Below, one piece after another: positions 1 to 11,916 of a DNA stretch of 64,000 nucleotides. Each line of letters starts with the position of its first letter. Positions within the stretch are counted from its first letter, which is position 1. The stretch comes from Monocercomonoides exilis PA203 (lineage: Eukaryota > Protista > Preaxostyla). The stretch lies in assembly GCA_001643675.2 (NCBI GenBank), contig LSRY02000053.1:248001-312000 (forward strand), given 5' to 3'. A program made the position numbers and the translations under genes. The notes under the pieces are model-generated. The model searched no databases and was not told where the DNA came from. It saw only the letters and a program-made list of their open reading frames with translations.

Positions 1-856
1 TTGTTTTCAAATTTGAAGCAATTGGATCTTCGTGTGCGTATTCGAAATTTCTATTTTGACACTCAATTGTGCAATTCTATTGCATCCGTGCTTATGGTGT
101 TATTTTTTGTCCTTTCGATATTGAAGGCAGATGGTTTGCATATTTTCATTGCTTTCGATGAGTTATCATTATTTCTTCATTAACTGTCATATTTACTATT
201 TCTGTCTTGATTTATCAGCACATTTCTTCCATTTGGAGCAAATTTCATCATCATTGAAATGGTGGCATATCTTTCTTTTCCTCACATCAAGCATCGCACT
301 GATTACTACTCCAATCTACATTAACACCAGAGAAAGGAGCAGAAATGCCCGGGGAACCGGAGGAATTGGCGATGCATTTGCGTATCTGCTTGTGGTGGTC
401 TTTTGCATTCTCGTGTTCCCTTTTCTGCTTCTGCTCCCCCTCAAGCTCGATGGAATACTCCATCTCCATTTCTGGGTGTTTCTGATCTCTTTCGACTGCA
501 TGGCCGTGCTCTTCGTGGTGTGTGTAGCGTTCAGCGGGTGCTTCTTGAGCAGGCGCAATGCTGAGGACTTTTTGAGGAGCGTGAAGTGGGAACTAAGCAA
601 AAATGAATTCGCCTTTTGCGTTGAGCGGTTTTTGTGGCTGCGAAAGCAATTTGGGCTTCCTGACCATCCACGGAATGAAAAACTGCATGGATTTGCAGAG
701 AAAGATGAAAGAAGGAATGAGGGAACATCAGTGATTGTGTCAAAATTGAATCTGAATGTTTCGATAGAGTGGATTTGTACTCGTTCGATAGAGTCAACGA
801 TGGAGTTGCGAAAGGGGTTCTATGCATTGCCAGAAGGTAATGATCTGAAGGTGTAA
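1..856 (+). CDS. TMEM185/TMEM60-like (Tmemb_185A-type) multi-pass membrane protein, 5' end outside window; predicted intron 134-218
   Basis: Splicing GT at 134 to AG at 217-218 joins the frame-1 ORF (..VLSILKAD) to the frame-2 ORF (AHFFHLEQISSSLKWWHIF..). This gives two copies of the LKxD(G)...W motif (the second is LPLKLDGILHLHFW) between hydrophobic helices. Confidence 0.5.
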
Positions 857-950
857 AAAGCTTCAGTCAAAAAAACTGCATCTGAGTCGAATTCTTCGAA
901 TTCTTCAGATAAATAAAATTGCCCTGTTGTTGTATGGATATGCTCACTCA

Positions 951-1168
951 TTCTTTCTTTTCTTTTTCTTTTTCTTTTTCTTTTTCTTTTTCTTTTTCTT
1001 TTTCTTTTTCTTTTTCTTTTTCTTTTTCTTTTTCTTTTTCTTTTTCTTTTTCTTTTTCTTTTTCTTTTTCTTTTTTTTTCTTTTTCTTTTTCTTTTTCTT
1101 TTTCTTTTTCTTTTCTTTTTCTTTTCTTTTTCTTTTTCTTTTTCTTTTTCTTTTTCTTTCTTTTTTTA
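951..1168. repeat. (TTTTTC)n pyrimidine microsatellite
   Basis: Directly visible tandem hexamer; it explains the FS/FL/poly-F ORFs. Confidence 0.95.
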
Positions 1169-1635
1169 CGTATTTTTACATGTTTTTAAAATTTTGCTTG
1201 CTGTTGAGGTTTTTTTTTAATCCTTTTGCGTTGATTGAGGAATGCTGATGAGCTTTATTGTAATTTGAATGAAGTTAACACTGCAAAGAGATTATGAGTT
1301 TGTTTTGAATAATGTTTTTATCTATTTGCTTTGAAAGCGAATAACTGTTTTTGCTCAAATGAAAATTCATCCTTTTTTTAAAAAAAATAAAATATGCATA
1401 AGCTTCTCATCTTCTGACATTTGTGTGACAAAGAGTTAAAAATCTAGATATTTTCGTTTTTATTTTCGGATCATTAAAAGCACAGATGTATTGTTTTGAA
1501 CATAAACACTCTTGCTTTGAATTATCATTGGTTATTTTTTCGTTAAATGCAAATAATACGGAGAAAAAAAATAAAGACTTTTATTAAATAAAAACAGAAA
1601 TGAATCGAACAGCGAACACGAAAATTTGTCAATCT

Positions 1636-3022
1636 TCACCAATTTTGAATGGCTATTTCGAAAAAATAGTAATAAAATGTATTGACGACTGTTGAATAAT
1701 GGGTAGTAATTGCGTCGTTGAAACCTTCTTTTTCTAGCTTTTCCTGTATTTCTCTTTTTATTATCTTCCTTTCCATATCATCGCTTCCTTCAGTCGCTTT
1801 TTTGTTCAATTGTTCGAATATGTATTCAAAAAATCGGAATATATAAATGCACATTACGTGATCTGGAGTTTGTCGATATGTTTCCTCCAAAAAATACTCA
1901 ACTGCTCCTCCTTTCAACAATGTGCGTGCATCATATCTTCCTTTTTGAAAAAGTATTTTAAATGCTATGATGTATTTCTGAAAAATATCTCTGTAATTAT
2001 CCCTCGTTGCTCTCATCTGTTTGAAAACAGTTAAAAGCAAGTGTTCAGTCGTTTCACTGCAATCTCGATGCTTTTCTAAAAAAGAATGAATTGTTTCGCC
2101 CCATCTTTCTATAATACACGTATGTTTTGAGTTCTTTAAATCATTTTCCTTTTCCTTCCCATCAGCACATTTCCATAGTTCATCCAATTCTTTTGTCGCT
2201 TCCCTCGCAAAATGCAGTTTATTGGTAATTTTGTATGTCAGTTCGCTGCTGGGATCATTTATGTCCACAAGAAATCCCCAAGCAGATTGATAAGCCAGGC
2301 GGGTCAAGTTGTGATGTTCCTGATGATATTCAATGATTTCTGTAATTTCGTCCAAATATTGTTCTTTGTTTGCTTTCTTTTGAAGCAAAGAGTGAATTAA
2401 ATATTCAACAGAAGAAATATAAACACACTGTATTAGCATCAATATCACCCAAAGCCAGCAAAGCCAGTTCTACTTCTTTTTGCGTTTCCTCGTTAATCTC
2501 TTTCTTCAACGCAACTTTTAGAAGGCAGGTTATGAAAATCGATATAAGCAGGGAATTTTGATTTGCAGCCCAATTTTTATCTGAAATCAATTGAAAGCAT
2601 TCACAAAGATCAATCAATTTTTTTTCATTCTTTTCTTCTTTTTTCTCTTCTTCGTAAATCATGTGTTTCAATCTTTCACGCAGATGTCGTCCTGTATGAT
2701 TTTTAACATCCTTTATCTTCAGCACTTTCCAATATCCCACTTGCTTCAGCAATAAAATTGCATTTTCCAATGTCATTTTCTCTTCGCGAATCATTCTATC
2801 CACTCTCCAAAACAATTCTTTAACGTAAATGTATTTCAGCTCCTTTTCATTCATTGAGTTTACCAACTCGTTCAATTCCTCAATTTTCTGTTCCTGGACC
2901 GTTGTTATGCAATCTTCCAGTTCCAGAAATGTTTCTGAAAAAAAAGTAGAAATAACATTGAAACATGAAAAAGATAATTGGAAAGAGATGGGCATGCTCC
3001 AAAATTTGTTTGTCAATGGCAT
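1636..3022 (-). CDS. Lineage-specific helical protein family member (HHNLTRLAYQSAW family), intron-containing
   Basis: Overlapping ORFs 2405-3022 and 1636-2448 share motifs with 58463-60066 (ENAILLLK.IGY.KVL, DLC.C, LLK.ALKKE..E.TQKEVE.AL.AL, YHQEHHNLTRLAYQSAW, EKEG(F/Y).D.I). An intron is expected near 2370-2430. Confidence 0.7.
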
Positions 3023-3597
3023 CTTCTGGATATAGTTTGCGTTTCGTTATTTTCAAATGTTAATATTTTGAAAATTGAGTTTGTCAAATGAAATGTGAAA
3101 AAACTTTGAAAAGAAGATATTTCTGAATTAAGCATACTTCAATGATTTCCCAACGAATTTTCATTTTTTCAGCTGTTATAAATATTATTTATAAGTGCAC
3201 TAAATATTAAATTCCAATTCTATTAACGCAAACATTTCATCGACCTCACCCTTTATGTTAAAAAAATAATGCGTTTTCTTTAATATGTGTGTCTGTTTTT
3301 GTACATCTTCAATTATTAACTTTCCTTGTTATAGAAAGAAGATTTGTTGTTTTGTTAAAAATTTGCATGAGATGTTTCACTTTAAAAAAACAAAATTTTT
3401 ACCTAAAAGTTTAATAAAAGTGGGAAAAAAGAAAGAAATGCCAGAGCCAACATTTATTGGATGCTTTTTAACAATTGCTATAATTCAAACATTGGTTTTT
3501 CACCCAAAAATATAACTCAAAATTCAAAAAAATCAAAAAATGAATAAATATTGTGATTTGATCATCCATTTTTTTTTTAACTCTCACCTCATTTGCT

Positions 3598-6332
3598 TTA
3601 CTTTCTTTTTCCACCTTTTCTCGTTTTCTTGTCCGAATCAGATTTTTTCGTTCCCCTATCTTTCCTGTTTCCACCTTTTTTCCCTCTTTTCTTATCTGCG
3701 TCATCTTCTGTGTTCTCCTCTTCATCTGTATTCTCTTCTTCGATCTCTTCCTCTTCTTCCTCTTCCTCTTCCTCTTCCTCTCTAAATCTCCATGAAGTGT
3801 TGGATGCCCTCTCCTTCTGCTTCTTCTCCTGCTTCTCCTGCTTCTTCTCCAAAACCACCGACTCTCCAACATCGACATCAAATTCTTCATGATAGAACTC
3901 CTCTGCATATTGCCTTCTCTTATCCCTCTCCTTATGCCTGTTCATACTCCTCCCTTTCGCCTCTAACGAGCTTGCCCCGACAATCTCCCTCTTCTGCTTC
4001 CCGTCTCTTCCCCCGCCTCTTCCCTTTCCCCCCAGCACCCCGCCATAGCTGTCCAGGTTCAGGCACTCCTGTATCTGCTCGTTGTCTCTTATCTGCAGAT
4101 GCAGCGTGTCCCCCAGCACCATCGCCAGGAAATCATACCTGATCAGCAGCATCCACGACGACAGCGTTATCTTCTGCGTCGGCCCAATCGCCACTGCTGT
4201 CTCTGGCGCTGCCCCGTTCTCCACCGTCTCCAGCACCTCTCTCAGCGTCCTCCTCTGCTCGGCTTTGTCCTTCTTCGATTTCTGCTTCGTCGACTCCCGC
4301 AGCAACGCACGCAGTGCACTCAGGATCCACACACAGATGTTCTTCTGCTGCGACTTCAGCAGCTTCTGCTGGGGAGACTTGCTGGCGCCTCTCATAGCGG
4401 GGCTGCGGTCAGACAGTGGATGTGCTGCAAACACAACAGGCGATGTGGGAGAGAGAACAGCAAAGGAAGGAGATGCAGATGAAGATACTTTTGAGTGAGT
4501 GGAGGTTGTGGAGACTGGAGTGTTCCTTTCCTCAGGTAACTCGTCTGAGTCTTCTTCTTTGTTGTCTTCATCATCATCTTCATCATTGTCATCATCATCT
4601 TCTTCTTCCTCCTCCTCCTCCTCATATCCTCCTTTCTTCTCCCCTCTCTTCGGTGATGCAGTCTCTGAGCTGGACAGCATCGTCGGTGTAGTTGACTTCC
4701 CAAACCCAGATGTCTTCACTTTTATCCCCGTGTCCACATCCACTTTTTCGTCTTCCTTCGCCACAATCTTCCCCACCGCGCTGATCTGGTCGTCCTTCTC
4801 GTAGAACAAGGCAACAAGCTTCGCCGCCGCGTTCCGCACGTCCATCGACGCGTCGCACAAATAGCGCGCGGAGATCTCAAAAGTGGACATGCGCATCTTC
4901 GGCTGCAGGATGTGCACGCCCAGCGACGACAGAATGAACGACATCACAGCAAGCGCTGCATGCACAACCACTGAACGCGGCGAGTTCTCGTTCTGCGTGG
5001 GAACTGCCAGTGTTACTGGAGATGAAGCACTGGAAGGGAGTGCGTAGTGGTGCACGGGGGAGGATGATGGTGGAGGAAGCGCTTTTTTCACTGATAAGCC
5101 GCCAGAAGAAGCAGATGATGAGGAGAAACGGTATGCGTCGAAGTCTTCGTCTTCTTCGGCTTTTTCTGCAAAAGTGGTGAAGAAAATGGGAGTGGAAGGG
5201 GAACTCGATGGGGGAGGGAACGCACTGGAGGAGTGGGGCTGTGTGGACGACTGAGTGATTGAGGCGCTCGGAAGAGAAGGAGAATTACCAGTCTGAGCAG
5301 GGAACGAAGCAGTTGGTGAAGAGATTCCGAGAGCCCTTGGTGCAGACAGCGATGCAGCAGCCATCGAAGTGATTGTGGCGTTGGGCTTGATGATGAAGGA
5401 CGGGGTAGATGTCTTCACATTGGGCGAAGATACGTCGGGTGAGATGGGAGTGTTGGATGCGGAGGGAGTTTCAGATCCCGCCTCTTTATCATCTTCATCG
5501 CTGTTCAATGGTAAAGTGCTCTGTTTTCTGTGTCGTCGTCTTTCTTTGCGCAGTTGCTGTTTCGTTGGTTCTGCGAATGCCTCTCCTTCTTGTTTGAGGC
5601 TTAATCTTTCTTCTTCCTCTTCGTTTTCTTTGTCGGATTCTTCACCTGATATTGGTCCAAATCCCCCAAGTTTTCCGTCGTCCCACGTTGACAAATTTTG
5701 AGACTCATCAGCAAGAGTCATAGAAAAATCAATGGTCTTGCAAAGCTTTGACATTCTTCTTGATAAAATCCTAATCAACAATTCGCAGATTTTATTGACA
5801 TGAGCCAAAGGATCACTTTGCGTAAATATCGCAATTGGTCCAAGAGACGATATGAATGCAGCAGTGACATCAAGTCTTGGATCTCTTTCCATTGATCTTG
5901 ACAATTCAAGAAGATCTGTTAAAGCAAAGTCCATCCTTTCTCCGATGGAGATCGAAAGTGCAATAAATGTCTGACAAGCTAAAACAGCTTCATCATTATC
6001 GCCACGCTTTATTGACTAATAAATGAAAAATTAATTTTTTTGAATAAAAAATTTCAAAATAACATAAAAAATTTCATCAAAATCATTAAAACCTGAATTA
6101 AATCGTTTATAATTGTTTCTAAATAAGAAGATAATAAATCCTCAGATAATCCATTCTGCTTTGCTAACGCTTTTAATTGACGTATTGCGGTCATTCGTTT
6201 CTCAGCACTTCTTGCAGATAAATTGTCAATAAACTCAGCTGAAGTGTCCTCTTCTTCTGATTCTTCCTCAACAACATTCTGCTTCTCATCATATTCATCT
6301 TGCCTATGAGACTTCTTTTTTGATTTCCCCAT
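3598..6332 (-). CDS. Interferon-related developmental regulator (IFRD) family protein; exons 6332-6093 and 6015-3598
   Basis: An in-frame GT-AG intron (6016-6092) joins IDNLSARSAEKR...ETIINDLIQ to SIKRGDNDEAVLA. The gene has KSKKDKAEQRRTLREVL, a LSSW...Y motif and the IFRD C-terminal motif KGRSMNRHKERDKR, plus long Ser/Pro and acidic insertions. Confidence 0.75.
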
Positions 6333-6733
6333 GACAACAGTTAATAACCGAAATTATTACTTATTCATGTCAACCCTTAATTCTATTTTTGTGTTTGTTG
6401 AATAGTTGTATTATCGAAATATTTTAAAATATATAAAACCGACTTAAATATGAATGACTCATTGTTTGTTTGATCATCATTCTATAAGAATGATATCTAA
6501 AATCAGTTCATGTTGAATCTATTTTTCAAGACAAAAGATATATTTGTTAGAGTTGCGAATTAATTAACTGTGTTTGTTGTCATTTTCATTGTGTTTATGA
6601 AAGGTTCGAACTTTTTTAGATGTTATTTTTTTATTGTTATTGTTATTCGGCGAAAAAATGATCAAAAATCAAATGAAAGAAAAGTTTTATGATGTTCTTC
6701 AATCAACTGAATATTTAAACTGATTTTTCATAT

Positions 6734-8060
6734 TTGTTATTTAAAGAATTAATTTCGCAACCGAAGTGTTGTTCATTGGCTGAGCAGATTCAGAAAGTTG
6801 TTGAAATTAATGATTTGATGGATGAAATGAGTGAAAAAGAATTAATGTCAATTTGCTGTGGTAGAAGTTATGAATTTCTTTCCAAAGTGTTATTAGGTAT
6901 GAAATATCATTTGAAAACGTCATTCTTTTACTGGAGCATTTGGAGTATCACGAAGTACTGAGAGGGATATGGAATTTGTGCTTTGATAATTCTTCGTTGA
7001 GCAGAAGATATGAAAATATGATTGCTGATGAAGAGAAGAAGAAAGAAGCAAAGAATGAAAGGCTTTTTGCTGATCTTTGTGAATGTTATCTGATGATGAG
7101 GAATGATAATGTTTCAGAGGGAATAATTCCAATTTGCGTACGTTGTCTTTTAGAAGTTGCTTCGCACAAGGAGGAAAACGAGGAGGTGCAAAAAGAAGTT
7201 GAAATAGCTTTGCTAACTTTGAGTTATGTTGGTGAATTGTGTGTTTGGATATTTCTGTTTTCTTTTTGGTATTATTAAAATATCTAACTTGTGTTTAACA
7301 AGGATGTGTAGCAACAATAGTTTTTGAATAAAATCAAAGAAATCATCAAATATCATCAGGAGCATGGAAATCGTTCACAGATGGGGTTTCAATCTGCTTG
7401 GGAAATCTTTATGAACAGATTTTTCATCGATGGAAGTTTGAATCATTTTGAAAGAGAAGCAACAAGAGAATTGAAAGGGATATCGAGATGTGTGGATTGG
7501 AAGAGAAAGGGAAAAATGGAAATAAAAAATGCGTGTGTAACAAAAAGGTGGTTAATGGATGTTTTGATATTTATAATATATGGTGTCTTTTTGGTAAATG
7601 GAAGCATCACGAGATTGTGCAAGGCAACAAGGGAATATTGCAGAGAAATACGCACTTAATGCATTGAACTTTTTCAGATTATGATAAATATCTGAGAAGA
7701 GCTTTTTGATAATTTATAGAAATGGAGCACAATTGGTTTTTTTTTGTGGAGGAAGTTAATCGAGCCACGATGGAAAGGAGATAGAACGAAAAATATATTG
7801 CATTTCTTTTCCATTCTTTCTGGAAAATTGAATGAAAGAAGAGGTGATGAAAGAAAAGGAAATTGTGAAGAAGAAAACGATAAAGAAAACGATGAACAAA
7901 ATGATGAAATGAAATTGAAGAATGGGGAAAGAGATGTTTACGATTCATTTGAGGAAGAAGGATATGAAGATAAAATTTTACGCTTTTATGAAACATAAAT
8001 TTTTGATGAAAATCTTGTGTTCTTGATCAGAAATCCTTTCAAACATTTGGTGAATATTTA
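6734..8060 (+). pseudogene. Decayed copy of the HHNLTRLAYQSAW protein family
   Basis: Family motifs (DLCECY, EEVQKEVEIALL, YHQEHGNRSQMGFQSAW, FEEEGYED) are spread over four ORFs in different frames with stops and frameshifts. Confidence 0.7.
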
Positions 8061-8538
8061 ATGTTGAAGATAGGATCATTGTGATTTTTTTGGAACAATA
8101 AAAGTGAAATATCATTATTTTGTGCAATTGTTTATGATTTTGTAAAAGTTGTTTCTGATGCTTTGAATGAAATTTGTCAAATTGGGTTGAATTTCAATGA
8201 TTCTTCACAAATTTTCTTCAGTTGTTGTTTCTTATTTTCCACCAATATCTGGGAGAAATTTGAAAATGAATCTTACAATGAAATTTTAAAAGTATTATTT
8301 TTTTGTTTAAGTTGAATAATTCAATTTGTTTATTCTATTCAGATTTTTCATTTTCAGGTTTTTTTTTCTGTAATTTTCTTTTTTGAAATTTTCTTTTATT
8401 GAATAAAAAATTGTTTTTATAACAATTTTTCTTGTGATGGAACAAAAATGATCGTTTTCTTTATTATTAATATTAAGGTTTTTTGTTTTGCGAGGAATAA
8501 TAAGATCAAACTGTGATAGAATTAATCTTTGATAATCT

Positions 8539-10752
8539 ATGTCGACTGAAGAAAAACCTGAAGTTCCAGTTGATGCCAAGAACTACAAGTTCCGTGCAGA
8601 GATCAACCAGTTGTTGAGCTTGATCATCAACACATTCTATTCAAATAAGGATATTTTCCTTCGGGAACTTATTTCAAATGCATCTGATGCTTTGGATAAA
8701 GTTCGTTATCAGAGCCTCACAGATAAATCATTGTTGGAAGAGGAACCAAGATTTGAAATCCGTCTTATTCCGGATAAGGTCAACAAAGTCCTTCACATTT
8801 GCGATACTGGTATTGGTATGACCGAATCTGATCTCGTCAACAATTTGGGTACAATTGCAAGCTCTGGAACAAAGGCATTCATGGAAGCCATCCAAGCTGG
8901 TGCAGATGTGTCTATGATCGGACAGTTTGGTGTCGGTTTCTACTCAGCATATCTTGTTGCACAGAATGTGATGGTGACAACAAAACATCACGATGATGTC
9001 CAACTTGTTTGGGAAAGTGCTGCTGGTGATTCATTCTCAATTCGCGAAGACAAAGAAGGAGAAAGAATTCCTCGTGGAACTCGTATCTCTCTTTTCTTGA
9101 AAGATGATATGTTGGACTACTTGGAAGAAAGAAAATTGAAGGAGCTTGTCAAGAAACACTCAGAATTTATTGCATATCCAATTTCACTCCAAGTCGAAAA
9201 GACAGTGGAAAAAGAAGTCGAAGAAGAAGAGGAGGAGGAAGAGAAGAAAGAAGAGGAAAAGAAGGAAGGTGAGGAAGAAAAGAAAGAAGGAGAGGAGAAA
9301 AAGGAAGGAGAAGAAGAGAAGAAAGAAGGCGAGGAAGAAAAGAAAGACGATGAAGAACCAAAAGTTGAAGAAGAGCAAAAGCCAAAGGAAAAGAAAACAA
9401 GAAAGATCAAGGAGGTTGTTCATGAATATGAACAAATCAACAAGATGAAAGCAATTTGGATGCGCAAGCCAGAGGAAATCACAAAAGAAGAATATGCAGC
9501 ATTCTATAAGAGCATCTCAAACGATTGGGAAGATCATCTTGCTGTCAAGCATTTCTTCTTCGAAGGATCATTGGAATTCCGCGCTGTTCTCTTCACTCCA
9601 CGTCGTGCTCCATTTGATATGTTCGAAACAAAGAAGAAGAATACAAACATCAAGTTGTATGTGCGCCGTGTCTTGATTATGGAGAACTGCGATGATTTGA
9701 TTCCTGAATATCTTGGCTTTATTCGTGGTGTCGTTGATTCAGAAGATCTTCCATTGAACATTTCTCGTGAAACACTCCAACAAAACAAGATCATGAAAGT
9801 AATCAAGAAAAACATTGTCAAGAAATGCATTGAAATGTTCAATGATATTGCTGAGAACAAGGAAGATTATCAGAAATTCTATGAAGCCTTCTCCAAGAAC
9901 ATTAAATTGGGTATTCACGAAGACGCTGACAACAGAGCTAAATTGGCTGAATTGCTGAGATACTGCTCAACAAAATCTCCTGATGAGCTTATTTCATTGA
10001 AAGACTATGTTGCAAGAATGAAGCCAGAGCAGAAGAACATTTACTACATCACAGGAGAATCAAAGGAAGCTGTCCGCGATTCCCCATTCTTGGAGAGATT
10101 GAAGAGAAAAGACTTGGAAGTTTTGTTCATGGTTGATCCAATTGATGAGTACTCAGTTCAACAACTAAAGGACTACGAAGGAAAGAAACTTGTTTGCGTT
10201 ACAAAAGAAGGATTGGAAATTGAAGAGACCGAAGAAGAGAAAAAGAGAAGAGAGGAAATGGCAGCTGCCAACGAAAACTTGTGCAAAGTTATGAAGGACA
10301 TCCTTGGAGAAAAAGTCGAGAAAGTCACAATTTCCTCACGTGTTGTTGATTCACCATGTGTTCTTGTGACCAACGAATACGGCTGGTCTGCTAACATGGA
10401 AAGAATCATGAAGGCTCAAGCATTGCGTGATGCTTCTTCATTCTCATACATGGCATCAAAGAAAATCATGGAAATCAATCCAGATCATCCAATTATGGCT
10501 GAATTGAGAAAGAAATGCGACAATCCAGCAGATGCCACATTGAAGGATCTTGTTATGATGCTTTATGAGACTGCATTGCTTCAATCTGGATTTTCACTTG
10601 AAGACTCATCATCATTTGCCTCTCGCATTCACAGAATGATAAAGCTTGGTCTTTCAATTGATGATACAAGCGATTCATCAGATGCATCTGACCTTCCACC
10701 GTTGGAAGCTGATGCTTCTGCTGAGCCAGGAGAAATGGAACAAGTTGACTAG
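8539..10752 (+). CDS. HSP90: Cytosolic heat shock protein 90
   Basis: Contains [49 protein letters not shown] and [15 protein letters not shown], and ends in MEQVD; no introns. Confidence 0.99.
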   Translation: MSTEEKPEVPVDAKNYKFRAEINQLLSLIINTFYSNKDIFLRELISNASDALDKVRYQSLTDKSLLEEEPRFEIRLIPDKVNKVLHICDTGIGMTESDLVNNLGTIASSGTKAFMEAIQAGADVSMIGQFGVGFYSAYLVAQNVMVTTKHHDDVQLVWESAAGDSFSIREDKEGERIPRGTRISLFLKDDMLDYLEERKLKELVKKHSEFIAYPISLQVEKTVEKEVEEEEEEEEKKEEEKKEGEEEKKEGEEKKEGEEEKKEGEEEKKDDEEPKVEEEQKPKEKKTRKIKEVVHEYEQINKMKAIWMRKPEEITKEEYAAFYKSISNDWEDHLAVKHFFFEGSLEFRAVLFTPRRAPFDMFETKKKNTNIKLYVRRVLIMENCDDLIPEYLGFIRGVVDSEDLPLNISRETLQQNKIMKVIKKNIVKKCIEMFNDIAENKEDYQKFYEAFSKNIKLGIHEDADNRAKLAELLRYCSTKSPDELISLKDYVARMKPEQKNIYYITGESKEAVRDSPFLERLKRKDLEVLFMVDPIDEYSVQQLKDYEGKKLVCVTKEGLEIEETEEEKKRREEMAAANENLCKVMKDILGEKVEKVTISSRVVDSPCVLVTNEYGWSANMERIMKAQALRDASSFSYMASKKIMEINPDHPIMAELRKKCDNPADATLKDLVMMLYETALLQSGFSLEDSSSFASRIHRMIKLGLSIDDTSDSSDASDLPPLEADASAEPGEMEQVD

Positions 10753-10915
10753 ATTATCTAAAGTTTTTTTATTATATATATGATTATTGGTTTATAATAA
10801 TTGAAACTAATTTTTTTGTTAAGAGATTTATTCTTCACATAAGTTTCTCTCTCATTTCATTAACATTCGCAATGAAACATTTGAGAAGCAATAATCGCTT
10901 TTTTGAAATTAATTA

Positions 10916-11916
10916 GGGTGATTTATAAACCCGAACATTTTTATAAACCCGGTTATTTTTTTTTGTTCATTGAAACAGAATAAATACAACATAAAAATAC
11001 AAAAAGCAAACTTCTATATGTTTATTTTCTATTTTATGGTAGTACAAAAATTTTTTTGTTTCAATTTTAGTCTTTGATGAAGATCTGAGGAATTTTTAAT
11101 TTATTTTTGATCATTTGTTTTGCTCATTTTTAAGCAACTCTCTTTTTTTGTTTATTTTCAATTACAAGGTCATAAAACAAACATAATGAAGTTTTATTAT
11201 TCAAAATATTTTTTGCTTTTTCTTATTTTTTCTATTGTTTTTCTCATTTCATCATTTTTGACAAAAAATCAGAAAATATGAAAATTTCCGAGCTAATATT
11301 TTATTAAAAGAATTAGTTATTACGATGTCACGTAAAAAAGATGATAATGTGTTGGTATTCTTAATAATTAGTCATTTTACGTTTTGTTTAATATGAAATA
11401 AGCATGTTTATCATTTGAAAAAATTGATGTGTGTAATGAAAACAACAACATTTCACAAAATTCTAACATGGTGAATGCTTTGTGCAAATATTTTTCTTTT
11501 CATGTACATTACTTAAAATATCGAAAAAATATTGTGTCGATCATAATTTTCATTTTTTCACACTTTTTGTCAAAAATGATGAAATGAAAAAAACAACAGA
11601 AAAAATTGATAAAAAGATAAAACATATCCAAAAATAATACTTCGTTATGTATGTTTTATGACATTATACCTAAAAATTGACAGAAAAAGAGAGTTGGTTA
11701 AAAACAAGCAAAACAAATGATCAAAAATAAATTAAAAATTCCTTTGATCTTCATCAAAAACAAAAATTGAAACAAAAAAATTTTTGAACTACCATTAAAT
11801 AGTAAAATAAACGTGTAAAAGTTTGCTTTTTGTATTTTTATGTTGTATTTATTCTGTTTCAATGAACAAAAAAAAATAACCGGGTTTATAAAAATGTTCG
11901 GGTTTATAAATCACCC
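10916..11916. mobile_element. 1001-bp non-autonomous foldback DNA transposon with very long TIRs (about 370 bp) and TA flanks
   Basis: GGGTGATTTATAAACCCGAACATTTTTATAAACCCGGTTATTTT at 10916 is the reverse complement of the end at 11916. The arms are near-perfect for about 95 bp and remain alignable to about 11290/11540. TA lies at 10914-15 and 11917-18. No ORF. Confidence 0.9.

Noticed and set aside
919-1248. FS/FL/poly-F ORFs
   Set aside because: They are translations of the (TTTTTC)n microsatellite.
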